In this document: positions 1-9,691 of the stretch, piece by piece
Layout of the letters: the number at the start of each line of letters is the position of its first letter
Numbering within the stretch: position 1 is the stretch's first letter
Origin: an uncultured archaeon
GTDB lineage: Archaea; Thermoplasmatota; Penumbrarchaeia; JASLWR01
Direction of reading: 5' to 3'
DNA length: 64,000 nucleotides
Assembly: GCA_964430885.1 (NCBI GenBank)
Contig: CAYSHM010000008.1
Span: forward strand, 1 to 64,000
Made by a program: the position numbers and the translations under genes
The notes under the pieces: model-generated
What the model was told of the DNA's origin: nothing
Databases searched by the model: none
The model's input: the letters and a program-made list of their open reading frames with translations, nothing else

Positions 1-81
1 AAAAATGAAAATCCAAAAAAATGAGGGAAAATACCCCATTAATAAGGTGAAAGGGTGCAATAAAAAATATTCGGAGTATTA

Positions 82-1980
82 ATGATGATTAATAGACATA
101 TTATTTACGATAATCATGTTGATCAATTCTTTCATGATGTTAGAAGTAATAAGCTAGCTGAAAAAATGAGGGATAATTTTGAGGAAAATTCAGGTCGAAA
201 AGTAGGACAATCTGAATATAGATCCTGGTGCACATCCGGAGATAAAATTAAGAATTTAATCGAATGTGCAAATCTTTCAGACATTCATGTTTCATTTGAA
301 TATCAAGTCCCTTATAATCAAAGTCGAATAGACTGTATGTTATTTGGAAAGGATGAGAATAACAAAGGTACTGTAGTACATATCGAAATGAAACAATGGG
401 ATCATGTGGAACCTGTCGATGTAGAAGATAACTATGTAGAAACATACACTGGTGGTGGAATTAGAATTGTCCCTCATCCATCACAGCAGGTAGAGGGATA
501 CCATAATTATCTAATGGGATTTGTGGAAGTATTCCATGAAAAAGATATGGAGCTAATTGGATGCTCTTATTGTCCAAATTATGAGTATAAAATCGCTGAT
601 GGACTCTTTGATTCCCGATATGAAAGCATTCTAGGAAAATATCCCATCTATGCAAGAGATGATGTTGAAAAATTAGCAGATAGATTGAAAAATCTATTGG
701 AACAAGGAGATGGTTTCAAGATATTCAATAAATTTATGCAATCCCCAATAAAACCTTCAAAAAAGTTATTAGAAAGTGCCTCGAGAATAGTTGAAAATCC
801 AACAGAATTTTCACTTCTTAATGATCAAATTGTTGCTAAGAATGTGATTTTAGACAAGATAAAAAAGGCCCAGAAGAGCAATGAGAAGAATGTCGTTATT
901 GTAAAAGGAGGGCCAGGGACTGGAAAAACAGTAATTGCACTACATATTCTAGCAGAGTTAGCGGGGAAGAAAATCCCTGTGTTCTTTGCATCTAAATCCA
1001 AACCTTTGATCGAAGCTTTGAAGCACAAAGTAGGACGAAAGGATGCGAAATTATTATTCTCATCTCTGAACAAATTCATACCATCGAGATCTTCAGAAAA
1101 TGATTATGATGTTATAATCGTAGATGAAGCCCACAGGATTGGGAGATCATCCAATCATCAATTCACTAGAAGAGCAGATAGAACTGATATGCCCCAGGTA
1201 GAACAACTAGTTAGATGTGCAAAAACCTCGGTCTTCTTTATTGATGATAAACAAGTAATTCGATATCTTGAAGTTGGCAATACTGATTTAATTAAGGAAG
1301 CTGCAGAGAAATTCAACTGTGTTTTGAAAGAAACAGAACTTGTTTCGCAATTCAGATGTAGCGGATCTGACAATTACCTTGATTGGTTAGAATCTGTTTT
1401 AGGACATTCTAGTTCTTTGAAAACATTCAATACCTTTAAGGATAATTTTGATTTTCGAATAATTGATTCCCCTGAAGAACTTTATAGATTAATCCAAGCT
1501 AAAAACAATGAGGTAGATATTACAGCAAGACTTACAGCCGGTTTTTGCTGGTCTTGGTCTAAATCTCTTGATCAAGATGGCAACTTTGTAAAAGATGTGT
1601 GCATAGGAAATTTCGCGATGCCCTGGGAAACACATGATAGAATTAAACCACCAAAAGGTTATGTTAGGTGGTATGAATGGGCTTATAAACCAGAAGGTAT
1701 AAAACAGGTAGGTTGCATTTATACCGCACAGGGTTTTGAATTTGATTATATTGGGGTTATCGTCGGGCCAGATTTAATATATGATGAAGATAGTGGCCGA
1801 TTAATAGGCAATATTGATGCGACGAAAGATCCCGTTCTTAGAAGGAAGAAAGACAAGTTTAATGAGTATGTGAAAAATATATATCGTGTTTTATTGTCGA
1901 GAGGAATGAAAGGTTGTTATGTTTATTTCTGCGATGAAGGTACCGAAGAGTTTTTCAGATCTAGGATGGAAAAATATTAG
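82..1980 (+). CDS. DUF2075 (Schlafen group-3-like) P-loop helicase with N-terminal PD-(D/E)xK-like nuclease domain
   Basis: Walker A GGPGTGKT, Walker B IIVDEAHR, SQFRC, YTAQGFEFDY, YRVLLSRG. N-terminal EYQVP...RIDCMLFG...IEMKQW nuclease-like motif. DNA visibly more AT-rich than the rest of the window. Confidence 0.85.
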   Translation: MMINRHIIYDNHVDQFFHDVRSNKLAEKMRDNFEENSGRKVGQSEYRSWCTSGDKIKNLIECANLSDIHVSFEYQVPYNQSRIDCMLFGKDENNKGTVVHIEMKQWDHVEPVDVEDNYVETYTGGGIRIVPHPSQQVEGYHNYLMGFVEVFHEKDMELIGCSYCPNYEYKIADGLFDSRYESILGKYPIYARDDVEKLADRLKNLLEQGDGFKIFNKFMQSPIKPSKKLLESASRIVENPTEFSLLNDQIVAKNVILDKIKKAQKSNEKNVVIVKGGPGTGKTVIALHILAELAGKKIPVFFASKSKPLIEALKHKVGRKDAKLLFSSLNKFIPSRSSENDYDVIIVDEAHRIGRSSNHQFTRRADRTDMPQVEQLVRCAKTSVFFIDDKQVIRYLEVGNTDLIKEAAEKFNCVLKETELVSQFRCSGSDNYLDWLESVLGHSSSLKTFNTFKDNFDFRIIDSPEELYRLIQAKNNEVDITARLTAGFCWSWSKSLDQDGNFVKDVCIGNFAMPWETHDRIKPPKGYVRWYEWAYKPEGIKQVGCIYTAQGFEFDYIGVIVGPDLIYDEDSGRLIGNIDATKDPVLRRKKDKFNEYVKNIYRVLLSRGMKGCYVYFCDEGTEEFFRSRMEKY

Positions 1981-2095
1981 ACTAAAATAGTAATTGACAA
2001 TTTTGATGTTATAAAATTCCTGAAAATACATTATGACATTAAATAATAAATAATTAATTAAATTGGTTAATTAAATTTTAATTAAACCCTATCCC

Positions 2096-3925
2096 CTAAA
2101 CCACCATAAGTCCAACCACTTCCAGGTCCGAGTTCAGCATTGTGTACTGAACATATGTATGTTTGTATCTGTAGACCACCTGCACCACGTACACGTCGTA
2201 GATATTCCGGATAGGTTGTGTTTCGTCATAATCGTAGATATTATCGTCGTTGATCCTCAGGTTGATGCCGTCGGTATCGGTGTAGAAGAAGTAACCGTTT
2301 CCCCGGGAAAAATATATCTTCTCGTCTATGAAGGATACGGACAGTGAAGGATCCCAGCTCTCATAATCCCAGGTCAGATTGATCTCCTCAAAGAAGCGGG
2401 AGTCCGCCTTGTACCTTAGAACATGGTCGCTCTGCTCCTTTCGGTCCATGGCAAGCTCTACGCGCTCCACATCCTCATCAAGCATGGTCCGGTTGATATA
2501 TTTATCCTGAAGGCTCACGAAATCATTCCCCGACAGGTTCTCCGACTTGAACAGGGCCTCCATGGACCCCGGGTCCTCCCAGTAGCGGTTCACCTTCAAC
2601 TCATACTCGGGCATAACATCCCTGCTGTAGTACTCTATCATCCCATAAGAGCCAACCATCACTCCCACGATAACCAACACTGTCAACACTGATGTGACCT
2701 TCTTCAGCCGTATCAGTTTCTTTATCTTTCTTTTGTCAACACCGAACCGGGCCTTCCTGAACATCTCTTTCAGACTTTTCAGTTCCAACTTCAAATACAC
2801 GAATAAGAAAAATACAACAGCGAACAGGGCTGTTCCTAGGAATAGAAAACTGAGGACCTCTGCATTCAGGCTGGGATAGGTCAGGTCATTCTCCAGATCA
2901 AAACCTGTGAACAGTACAAAGGCCCAAGGAGAAGACAATATCAGAGTGGGAACCAGGTATTTCGCCAATGTTTTCCTCGTAGGGCAGAAATTGGATACTA
3001 CGAACATGAAGAAGTTCATCACGAATAATAGATTGATAAGTACCAGTGAGATCAATAGAAGATGGTTTTCGTTAGTACTGCCATTATCCAGTAAAAAAAG
3101 TTGACCAGGTACAAGATACAGATATATCAATATAAAGAGAACTAAAAACGTGACAAACAAAATATTCTTTCGATTTTTGTAATTCCGGTCGGACCTCTTT
3201 CGGTTCATTTCCAGAAGTATCAGAGGAAATATTCCAAGGGATAAGAATAATAGAATTCCACCCAGGACCGCCGAAGCCTCAACATACATTTCAATATCAT
3301 ATAAACTATTATAGAAATACCCGTTGTCCACTGTGAACCATAGTCCCAGTCCGTACATGTGAAGGACAAAGAAATGAAGCAACAGTTTGAAATAGCCTTT
3401 CTCGGTCCCGAAAGCTCTGAGGTCACCGGGATGCGATCCCAGTCCTATCTTCTCCTCATAGGACAGATCAGGTTTCAGGGAGATAAGCCAGGGAATCGCA
3501 GGAAATGCGGATACAAGGAACAATAAACAACTGCAGTCCCGTTCAATAAATATCTCGTTTCCGCTGGAAGCCTGCCAGACAAAATATAGGTGAATGGCAG
3601 CAGTGGCCACCAATACAATGAAATAGATAATGATAGGAGCTTTCCGAATCCTCGATATTACTGCACGGGATCTTTTTAACCTTGTCTTGCTCCGATATTT
3701 TTTTCTTGCGGACTCAAAGAACAGGCTGACACGTATCAAGAAGGTCAATACCAGAAAATAAGATATAATGATCATGATGGGTGAATCATCGAAGAAATTT
3801 ATCAATTCCACAAAATTTTCGGTCACCACGGAAAGGAAAACCAAGGTATAGAAGAACAGCCCTATGAATGCAATTGAAACAGGGATTTTTTCTACTAAAG
3901 AACCTTCCCTATCAAAAAGATTCAT
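2096..3925 (-). CDS. Hypothetical polytopic membrane protein with soluble C-terminal domain
   Basis: 609-aa ORF with many hydrophobic segments, then a polar ~170-aa C-terminal region. No family recognised. Confidence 0.7.
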   Translation of the reverse strand: MNLFDREGSLVEKIPVSIAFIGLFFYTLVFLSVVTENFVELINFFDDSPIMIIISYFLVLTFLIRVSLFFESARKKYRSKTRLKRSRAVISRIRKAPIIIYFIVLVATAAIHLYFVWQASSGNEIFIERDCSCLLFLVSAFPAIPWLISLKPDLSYEEKIGLGSHPGDLRAFGTEKGYFKLLLHFFVLHMYGLGLWFTVDNGYFYNSLYDIEMYVEASAVLGGILLFLSLGIFPLILLEMNRKRSDRNYKNRKNILFVTFLVLFILIYLYLVPGQLFLLDNGSTNENHLLLISLVLINLLFVMNFFMFVVSNFCPTRKTLAKYLVPTLILSSPWAFVLFTGFDLENDLTYPSLNAEVLSFLFLGTALFAVVFFLFVYLKLELKSLKEMFRKARFGVDKRKIKKLIRLKKVTSVLTVLVIVGVMVGSYGMIEYYSRDVMPEYELKVNRYWEDPGSMEALFKSENLSGNDFVSLQDKYINRTMLDEDVERVELAMDRKEQSDHVLRYKADSRFFEEINLTWDYESWDPSLSVSFIDEKIYFSRGNGYFFYTDTDGINLRINDDNIYDYDETQPIRNIYDVYVVQVVYRYKHTYVQYTMLNSDLEVVGLMVV

Positions 3926-3975
3926 ATATCAACTATGATTCGCAAAGTATAAAACCTTTTCAAGAATATTTAAAT

Positions 3976-4374
3976 TCAGTATTCTTCAACTTTGATTCCG
4001 TCAATATTGGCAAAATGTTTAGTATTTCTCGTAATAATTGTATCGCAGCCATGAGAGCGGCAGATTCCCGCTACCAAAGCATCAAGAGTATCAATTGGTT
4101 TACCCTTTTTTTTCATTTCCCCTATTATCCTGGCTGCATGTCTTGCTGAGCTTCTGCCGAGTGGAAGGACAGTAATTCTCTGAAATAACAGTTCAGTTTT
4201 ATCCATAAGATCAGTATCTTTCAGTGGGGTCTGTTCCAATCCCGCAAATATCTCGAAAACATTGATCTCAGTTGTACAGAAAAAACCTTCAAAGTCAAGC
4301 TCAGAAGCCAGATCCACTGCTTTTTTGTCGTTCCTTTCCAAGTCGATCAAATAGGTTGTGTCAAGGCATTTCAT
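3976..4374 (-). CDS. vapC: PIN-domain toxin VapC
   Basis: CLDTTYLID start, TTEINVFE, DALVAG, IITRNTKHF PIN motifs. Overlaps the upstream antitoxin by 4 bp. Confidence 0.92.
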   Translation of the reverse strand: MKCLDTTYLIDLERNDKKAVDLASELDFEGFFCTTEINVFEIFAGLEQTPLKDTDLMDKTELLFQRITVLPLGRSSARHAARIIGEMKKKGKPIDTLDALVAGICRSHGCDTIITRNTKHFANIDGIKVEEY

Positions 4375-4601
4375 TGAGACATCACCCTTTTATTCGCAGA
4401 CTTTCTAACACCATCCATCCCTTCCATAATGGAATCCATCTCATCAGGAGTAAGGTGAGCCCAGCCGCCAGCACAGTCCGTCAGTTTTCCTCTGCGTTTG
4501 ACAAGTCGGGTTATGGTCTCAGAAAAGCTCTCACCAGGAAGTTTCTCTTTTTTCAGTGTTTCATAAACCTCTTCTGTAACTGATATTGTCTTTGATACCA
4601 T
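4371..4601 (-). CDS. vapB: Archaeal VapB antitoxin (DUF217/UPF0330 type)
   Basis: SKTISVTEEVYETLKKEKLPGESFSETITRL matches the family. Directly upstream of the PIN gene. Confidence 0.9.
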   Translation of the reverse strand: MVSKTISVTEEVYETLKKEKLPGESFSETITRLVKRRGKLTDCAGGWAHLTPDEMDSIMEGMDGVRKSANKRVMSQ

Positions 4602-4610
4602 GATATCACC

Positions 4611-4648
4611 CTACATATACATATGTAGATGTAGAATATAAACCTTTC
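4611..4648 (-). promoter_or_regulatory. vapBC promoter (BRE/TATA) with palindromic operator
   Basis: Minus strand GAAAGG-TTTATA ~35 nt upstream of the ATG. Perfect inverted repeat CTACATAT-AC-ATATGTAG at 4611-4628 between the TATA box and the GGTGA SD. Confidence 0.7.
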
Positions 4649-4673
4649 ACCATTCTTAATGAACTACCCAAAT

Positions 4674-4709
4674 AAAACCTCCCCTAGCTCTTATTCATAA
4701 ACTAGGGGG
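4674..4709 (-). terminator. Hairpin + T-tract downstream of ABC permease
   Basis: CCCCTAG(4681-4687)...CTAGGGG(4702-4708) stem, followed on the minus strand by AGGTTTTATTT. Confidence 0.55.
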
Positions 4710-4749
4710 CGGGCGGGGGCCGGAAGGAGGAAACTGGGGCGGGGGCGGG
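4698..4749 (+). repeat. Duplicated G-tract element (G-quadruplex-capable)
   Basis: AAACTAGGGGGCGGGCGGGGG and AAACTGGGGCGGGGGCGGG. Six runs of 3 or more G in 45 nt. Confidence 0.65.
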
Positions 4750-4762
4750 TGACTAATAAAAA

Positions 4763-7219
4763 TCACTCACTCCTCTCTCTTATCACGTCAGCTATTGTTA
4801 TCTTTCCGATGAACCTGATGGTCAAGAGCGAAACCAGCACTATCACCACCACTATCATCACAACGGTTGCAAGGAAACCCATCTGCGAGAACACTATGGG
4901 CACATCGAAACCCATATCTGTGGCTGCCTGCATCATATACACCGCCAAATAATATCCACCAAGGGTACCTAGCGCAATTGAAAGAACTGTAACGAACACA
5001 CCTTCGATGAATATCAGTTTGGATATCCTGCCAAGTGAGGTCCCCAGGGTCTTCATTGTGGCATATTCGCGTTTGCTCTCAAGGGCGTTTATCCTGAACA
5101 TGTTATACACGATAGCACCTGCCATGAGCATGCTTATGACACCCATGACACCCATTATCTGCAGGAAAAGATCGAAATACTGCTCCAAAAGGTTCTGTCT
5201 CTCGGAAATGTGAGTAACTGACCTTACTCCGGGAGTGGTTATCAGATAGTTCTCCAGCTGGATGTTCTCCTCACCGTCAACAACTTCAAGATATATCAGA
5301 TTGGCGTCGCCCGTAAGATTGGTAAACCCGTAGACCAGATCCAGGTCAGCAAAGAAATAAGGTCCCATATGGTTGCTCTGTATACCCGAAACCTCCAGTT
5401 CCATTGGTATCAAGGTATAGTTCACCGGGCCCATACGGTAAGGTACCATCAACATGATCTTCCCACCAACCTTGATACTTTCCTGCTCGGCCATCATCTG
5501 CGACACAACCACTTTTCCGTCTTCGTATTTCCCTTTCAACATATCCAGGTTGTAAGCACCTTCGACATCATCAACAGCGTACATCAGACCTTCAACAGTA
5601 TCCTCGCCGTCAAGTAAGCTTGCAGGGAGCATAAGACCGGGATTCACACCTTCTATGGAAGTATGCTCACCTTTCCATACGGCAGTAACCGAAGAGGGTG
5701 CGAAACCGTCAAGGGTGACCTCGTAATCCCACTGGTTGCCGCTGCTGGTATCATTCAGTATCACATACATTGACTCAAGGGCCACAGCGAAGGAGAAGAA
5801 CAGTGACAATGCAAGTGCCACGCCGAACACGGTGGAGAAGGTCCTTCGGGGGCGTCTTATCAGATTACGAAGGGTCAGCTTAAGGGCCACAGGCAGCCCG
5901 CTCATCTTTCCTATTTTCCCGGCAAGCTTGCCCGCTCTGCTGACGCTTATGCCCTCCTTGGACTGTATAGCGTCGACGGGTTTGATACGAAGGGCCCTCC
6001 AGGCCGGGAACACCGTGCACCCCAGACAGAGGAACACTGCAATACCCCCAGCAGACATGAAATAGGTCCAGGAGAAACTGGTCCTCATCACTGAGAAATT
6101 ATAGAGATTGTCCAGCATATTGTTGAACACCGAATCTATGGGTATGGAAAGAAGCCAGCCAAAAAGGATGCTGAGAAGAGCTATGAGAAGACCTATGAAC
6201 CCGAAATATCTTATAACCACTCCGTTGGGTATGCCAAGGGCCTTGAATATGCCGATCTGCACCCTGTGGGTCCTTATCATTCTACGAAGAGCGATAAGAA
6301 GGCCGAAACCAGATACTATGAAAATCACCATGGGGAAGATCATCATATTCTCCTTATCGTTCTCGTAATCCTCTATTAACATCAATCTTGAAGGATTGTC
6401 GTCCTTATGGATGGCCTTTGCCGGTATACCTGCACCCTGAAAAGCGTCCTCGGTGTCCTCCATGAAATCATCTATGTTCTCATCTTCCTTGAGAGTTATC
6501 ACCAGCTCGTTCACAAGGGTACCATTCTCAGCTGGACCTGCATACAGGTCCTGAGCGGTGGTCCTGGGCATTATTAGAACACATAGCGATCTCTCTGACG
6601 GAAATATACTTCCCTCCGGAATGACGAAAAAATACTCGGGGACATCTACATGGGCAAGTATATCCAGCTTATAATCCCTGCCCGACTTCAGTACGTTTAT
6701 CCCGTCCTCAATATTCACATCATAGACGTCGCGAAACTTGTGCTCAATATAGCACTCCTTGGCACCCAAGGAAGAAAAATATTCCTCATCGCCGTGGAAA
6801 AGCGGTGTATTGACCTGGGGTAGATTTCCGTCCTCAAATGCCGAATATCCGATCACAAGAGCTCTTGTGGTCTTAATCTCGCCGTCCACCGTATGGTTAA
6901 CAAAAGCGTCAAAGGACAGCCTGTACTCCGCAGTCTCTAAACGGGAGGATAAACCGGCATCATCCATTATACCCATGACATCGGACTCGTTGGCAGTGAC
7001 CCCGTACTGGAACTCCACCCGAAGGTCCATGAAATTGCTCTCCTCGAATAATTCGTCCAGGATGAGTTTTCTGGAATCTGCCATATTGTAGAATGAGCCG
7101 TAGGCTGCAATACCCAGGGCCAATATCAGTATGAGGAAGAAGTACTGGAATTTGTGCTCCCACACTTCCCTTATTCCCTTTTTAAGAAAGGTTTTTCTCA
7201 TTTGAACACCTCTCACCAC
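4763..7219 (-). CDS. ABC transporter permease, FtsX/MacB family (two permease repeats)
   Basis: IGIFKALG and EYATMKTLG FtsX motifs, LRNLIRRPRRTFST second-half start, two large extracytoplasmic loops. Confidence 0.9.
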   Translation of the reverse strand: MVRGVQMRKTFLKKGIREVWEHKFQYFFLILILALGIAAYGSFYNMADSRKLILDELFEESNFMDLRVEFQYGVTANESDVMGIMDDAGLSSRLETAEYRLSFDAFVNHTVDGEIKTTRALVIGYSAFEDGNLPQVNTPLFHGDEEYFSSLGAKECYIEHKFRDVYDVNIEDGINVLKSGRDYKLDILAHVDVPEYFFVIPEGSIFPSERSLCVLIMPRTTAQDLYAGPAENGTLVNELVITLKEDENIDDFMEDTEDAFQGAGIPAKAIHKDDNPSRLMLIEDYENDKENMMIFPMVIFIVSGFGLLIALRRMIRTHRVQIGIFKALGIPNGVVIRYFGFIGLLIALLSILFGWLLSIPIDSVFNNMLDNLYNFSVMRTSFSWTYFMSAGGIAVFLCLGCTVFPAWRALRIKPVDAIQSKEGISVSRAGKLAGKIGKMSGLPVALKLTLRNLIRRPRRTFSTVFGVALALSLFFSFAVALESMYVILNDTSSGNQWDYEVTLDGFAPSSVTAVWKGEHTSIEGVNPGLMLPASLLDGEDTVEGLMYAVDDVEGAYNLDMLKGKYEDGKVVVSQMMAEQESIKVGGKIMLMVPYRMGPVNYTLIPMELEVSGIQSNHMGPYFFADLDLVYGFTNLTGDANLIYLEVVDGEENIQLENYLITTPGVRSVTHISERQNLLEQYFDLFLQIMGVMGVISMLMAGAIVYNMFRINALESKREYATMKTLGTSLGRISKLIFIEGVFVTVLSIALGTLGGYYLAVYMMQAATDMGFDVPIVFSQMGFLATVVMIVVVIVLVSLLTIRFIGKITIADVIRERSE

Positions 7220-7935
7220 TCCAGTTTATCAACGGACATTGGTTTCTCGGTGCTCTCCACCTTCCTCACTTCGCCGTCGAGAAGATAGATCACATCATGG
7301 GCGATCTTGGCCAGCTCCTTGTTATGGGTGACTATGAGCACAGCCCTTCCGCCCTTTGCAAAAGAGGTCAACAGCTCCAGGATCTTCTTGCCTGTATTGT
7401 AATCAAGTTCGCCTGTGGGTTCGTCTGCTAGTAATATCGACGGGTCCTTGGCAAGGGCCCGGGCAATGGATACCCTCTGCTGCTCTCCTCCGGAGAGCTG
7501 GTATGGATAATGATCACCCCGATCACCGAGACCCACCTTGTCCAGAAGCTTGAGTGCTCTCTTCTTAACGTTGTCAGGTTTCTTCTCCATGACATACTCC
7601 AGGACGAACTCTACGTTCTCGCTGGCAGTAAGATTGGGTATGAGATTGAAGAACTGGAAGATGAAACCGATGTTCTTCTGCCTGTACTGGGTAAGCTGTT
7701 TCTGGCTCATTCCCTGTATCTCGGTGCCATCGACCTTGATGGTACCCCTTGTGGGGCTGTCTATACCGCCTATCTGGTTGAGAAGTGTGGTCTTCCCGCA
7801 TCCGCTGGGGCCCAGTATCACCGTTACCCTGTTCTTGTACAGTTCAAGGTTCACATCCTTCAGCGCCCTCACCGTCACCTCGCCCATCTTGTATTCCTTA
7901 GACATTTTCTTTATGTTTATTACCGGCTTCATCAT
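7213..7935 (-). CDS. ABC transporter ATP-binding protein (LolD/MacB type)
   Basis: [38 protein letters not shown]. Confidence 0.95.
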   Translation of the reverse strand: MMKPVINIKKMSKEYKMGEVTVRALKDVNLELYKNRVTVILGPSGCGKTTLLNQIGGIDSPTRGTIKVDGTEIQGMSQKQLTQYRQKNIGFIFQFFNLIPNLTASENVEFVLEYVMEKKPDNVKKRALKLLDKVGLGDRGDHYPYQLSGGEQQRVSIARALAKDPSILLADEPTGELDYNTGKKILELLTSFAKGGRAVLIVTHNKELAKIAHDVIYLLDGEVRKVESTEKPMSVDKLEW

Positions 7936-7936
7936 A

Positions 7937-8587
7937 TCACCTCCTTTTCTGCAAGATATTCAAGTAGTACTCACGGAGAATGCCCGGTCTTGCTCCGAGT
8001 ATCCTCTCGTCTATGTCGAAAACAGCCTCGATGAGCTTACGGTCATGATCATTATCCATTTTTACAGAATGCCTCCTTTCAAAGACCACTGCTGAAACAC
8101 CAAGAAGGGCTATACCGGTCTCCCGGGGATATTTCACATTGAAGATACCCTGCTGGTTGCCCTCCTCGATTATCTTCTCCATGTAGGGGGTTATCATGGG
8201 AAGTACTATCTTCTCGACCTTCAGATGTATACGGGCGTTCCTCTCCTCATGAATGTACTCCATGAGACGTTCCCGGCCCTGACCCAGCTGCATGAACTGT
8301 GTGGTCAGTGCGGTCATTTTCTGTATTGCATCCATTTCAGTATTGGCCAGCACAGCATCCAGAACCATCCTCATCTCATCTAGCAATCTGTCAAGAATCG
8401 CATCCAAGAGCATGCTCTTTGACTTGAAATAATGGTAGAAGGTTCCCTTTGCTATACCCACTTCGTCGATTATAGCCTGCACCGAGGTCTCGTCGTAGCC
8501 CTTCTCACTGAAAAGTTCTTCCGCTGCATCCAGTATCTCTTTCATCCGCACATCATGTTCCTTCATTACCCGTATCATCTCGACCAC
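7937..8587 (-). CDS. TetR/AcrR family transcriptional regulator
   Basis: EILDAAEELFSEKGYDETSVQAIIDEVGIAKGTFYHYFKSK helix-turn-helix. The start may be the ATG at 8578 or 8566. Confidence 0.95.
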   Translation of the reverse strand: MVEMIRVMKEHDVRMKEILDAAEELFSEKGYDETSVQAIIDEVGIAKGTFYHYFKSKSMLLDAILDRLLDEMRMVLDAVLANTEMDAIQKMTALTTQFMQLGQGRERLMEYIHEERNARIHLKVEKIVLPMITPYMEKIIEEGNQQGIFNVKYPRETGIALLGVSAVVFERRHSVKMDNDHDRKLIEAVFDIDERILGARPGILREYYLNILQKRR

Positions 8588-8591
8588 TTCC

Positions 8592-8623
8592 GACTGACCG
8601 TCAGTCTAGACCGACCGTCGGTC
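8592..8623. promoter_or_regulatory. Tandem palindromic operator, probable TetR binding sites
   Basis: GACTGAC-C-GTCAGTC (8592-8606), TA, GACCGAC-C-GTCGGTC (8609-8623). Just downstream of a TTTAAATA TATA-like box (8642-8649, minus strand). Confidence 0.85.
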
Positions 8624-8709
8624 AATAAATGACATATGAATTATTTAAATGTTATCATAATATATTAGAAAAATTTTCAATTCCGCCTTAAAAAATCCCA
8701 ACTAGGAAG

Positions 8710-8955
8710 CTACCCGCCTGCTATAGGAGGCATTAAACCCACCTCGTCACCGGCAAAAAGCTCCCGCTCCAAAACAGCTTCTTTCTTGTTCACAGCAACA
8801 ACCAAAAAATCCTTGAAAACAGCAAGTACGGGATACTGGTCATACAGCAGTTCCAGAAGCTCACCTGCATTACTGCCGGAAGGCAACTCAATTACAAAGC
8901 CCTCCTTCCCTATCTTCCGGGCGATCCCGGAATAGAATTTTACATAAATTTCCAT
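8710..8955 (-). CDS. moaD: MoaD/ThiS ubiquitin-like sulfur carrier (SAMP-like)
   Basis: 81 aa, VAVN, GDEVGLMPPIAGG with C-terminal diglycine. Confidence 0.92.
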   Translation of the reverse strand: MEIYVKFYSGIARKIGKEGFVIELPSGSNAGELLELLYDQYPVLAVFKDFLVVAVNKKEAVLERELFAGDEVGLMPPIAGG

Positions 8956-9689
8956 TACTCCGCACCCCCCAAAGCCCTGCCGTGACAGTCCGGGCAGTCG
9001 GTGCGCACAAGCAGTTCAATCTTTTCAATACCCATTATCTCCCCGTCAAACAATAACAAATAATTCAGAAGAACCTCACCTATCCCAACAACATACTTCA
9101 CGACCTCGGCGGCCATAAGCGTTCCCACCACGCCTGCAGCGGCTCCTATGACAGGTACCACCCGGTCAGTCGGAGCTCGGGGATAAAGGCATCTGAAACA
9201 GGCCGTCCGCCCCGGAACGAACACCGACACCCGTCCTTCCAGACCCTGACAGGCGCCGTGGAACATGGGAATACCCAGCTCCAGTGACGCTTTATTCAGA
9301 ACATACCTTGATGCAAAATTATCCAGACAGTCAACAATGATATCATGTCCCGAGCACAGTTCCAGTGCGTTATCCTCATCCAGCTTGACCGGATGACAAT
9401 CCAAAGCAACCTCGGAATTAAGAATTGATAATTTTTCAAAGGCGGAATCGATCTTCAAAACACCGATATCATACTCAGAATGAAGGATCTGGCGGTTCAG
9501 ATTGGAAACATCGACCTTATCAGGGTCCACAAGGGAGATGCTGCCTATACCTGCCGCAGCGAGATAATAGCTCACAGCGGAACCCAATCCTCCAACTCCT
9601 ACGATCAGGACCCTCGCCTGGGATAACTTCTCCTGTCCCTCTTCCCCGAAACCATCCATGATGATCTGGCGGGAATACCGGGAACCCAA
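8955..9689 (-). CDS. moeB: ThiF/MoeB/UbaA E1-like adenylyltransferase
   Basis: RYSRQI, GVGGLG, SNLNRQ, DCLDN, CFRC and CPDC zinc motifs. TTG start. Confidence 0.92.
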   Translation of the reverse strand: MGSRYSRQIIMDGFGEEGQEKLSQARVLIVGVGGLGSAVSYYLAAAGIGSISLVDPDKVDVSNLNRQILHSEYDIGVLKIDSAFEKLSILNSEVALDCHPVKLDEDNALELCSGHDIIVDCLDNFASRYVLNKASLELGIPMFHGACQGLEGRVSVFVPGRTACFRCLYPRAPTDRVVPVIGAAAGVVGTLMAAEVVKYVVGIGEVLLNYLLLFDGEIMGIEKIELLVRTDCPDCHGRALGGAE

Positions 9690-9691
9690 AA

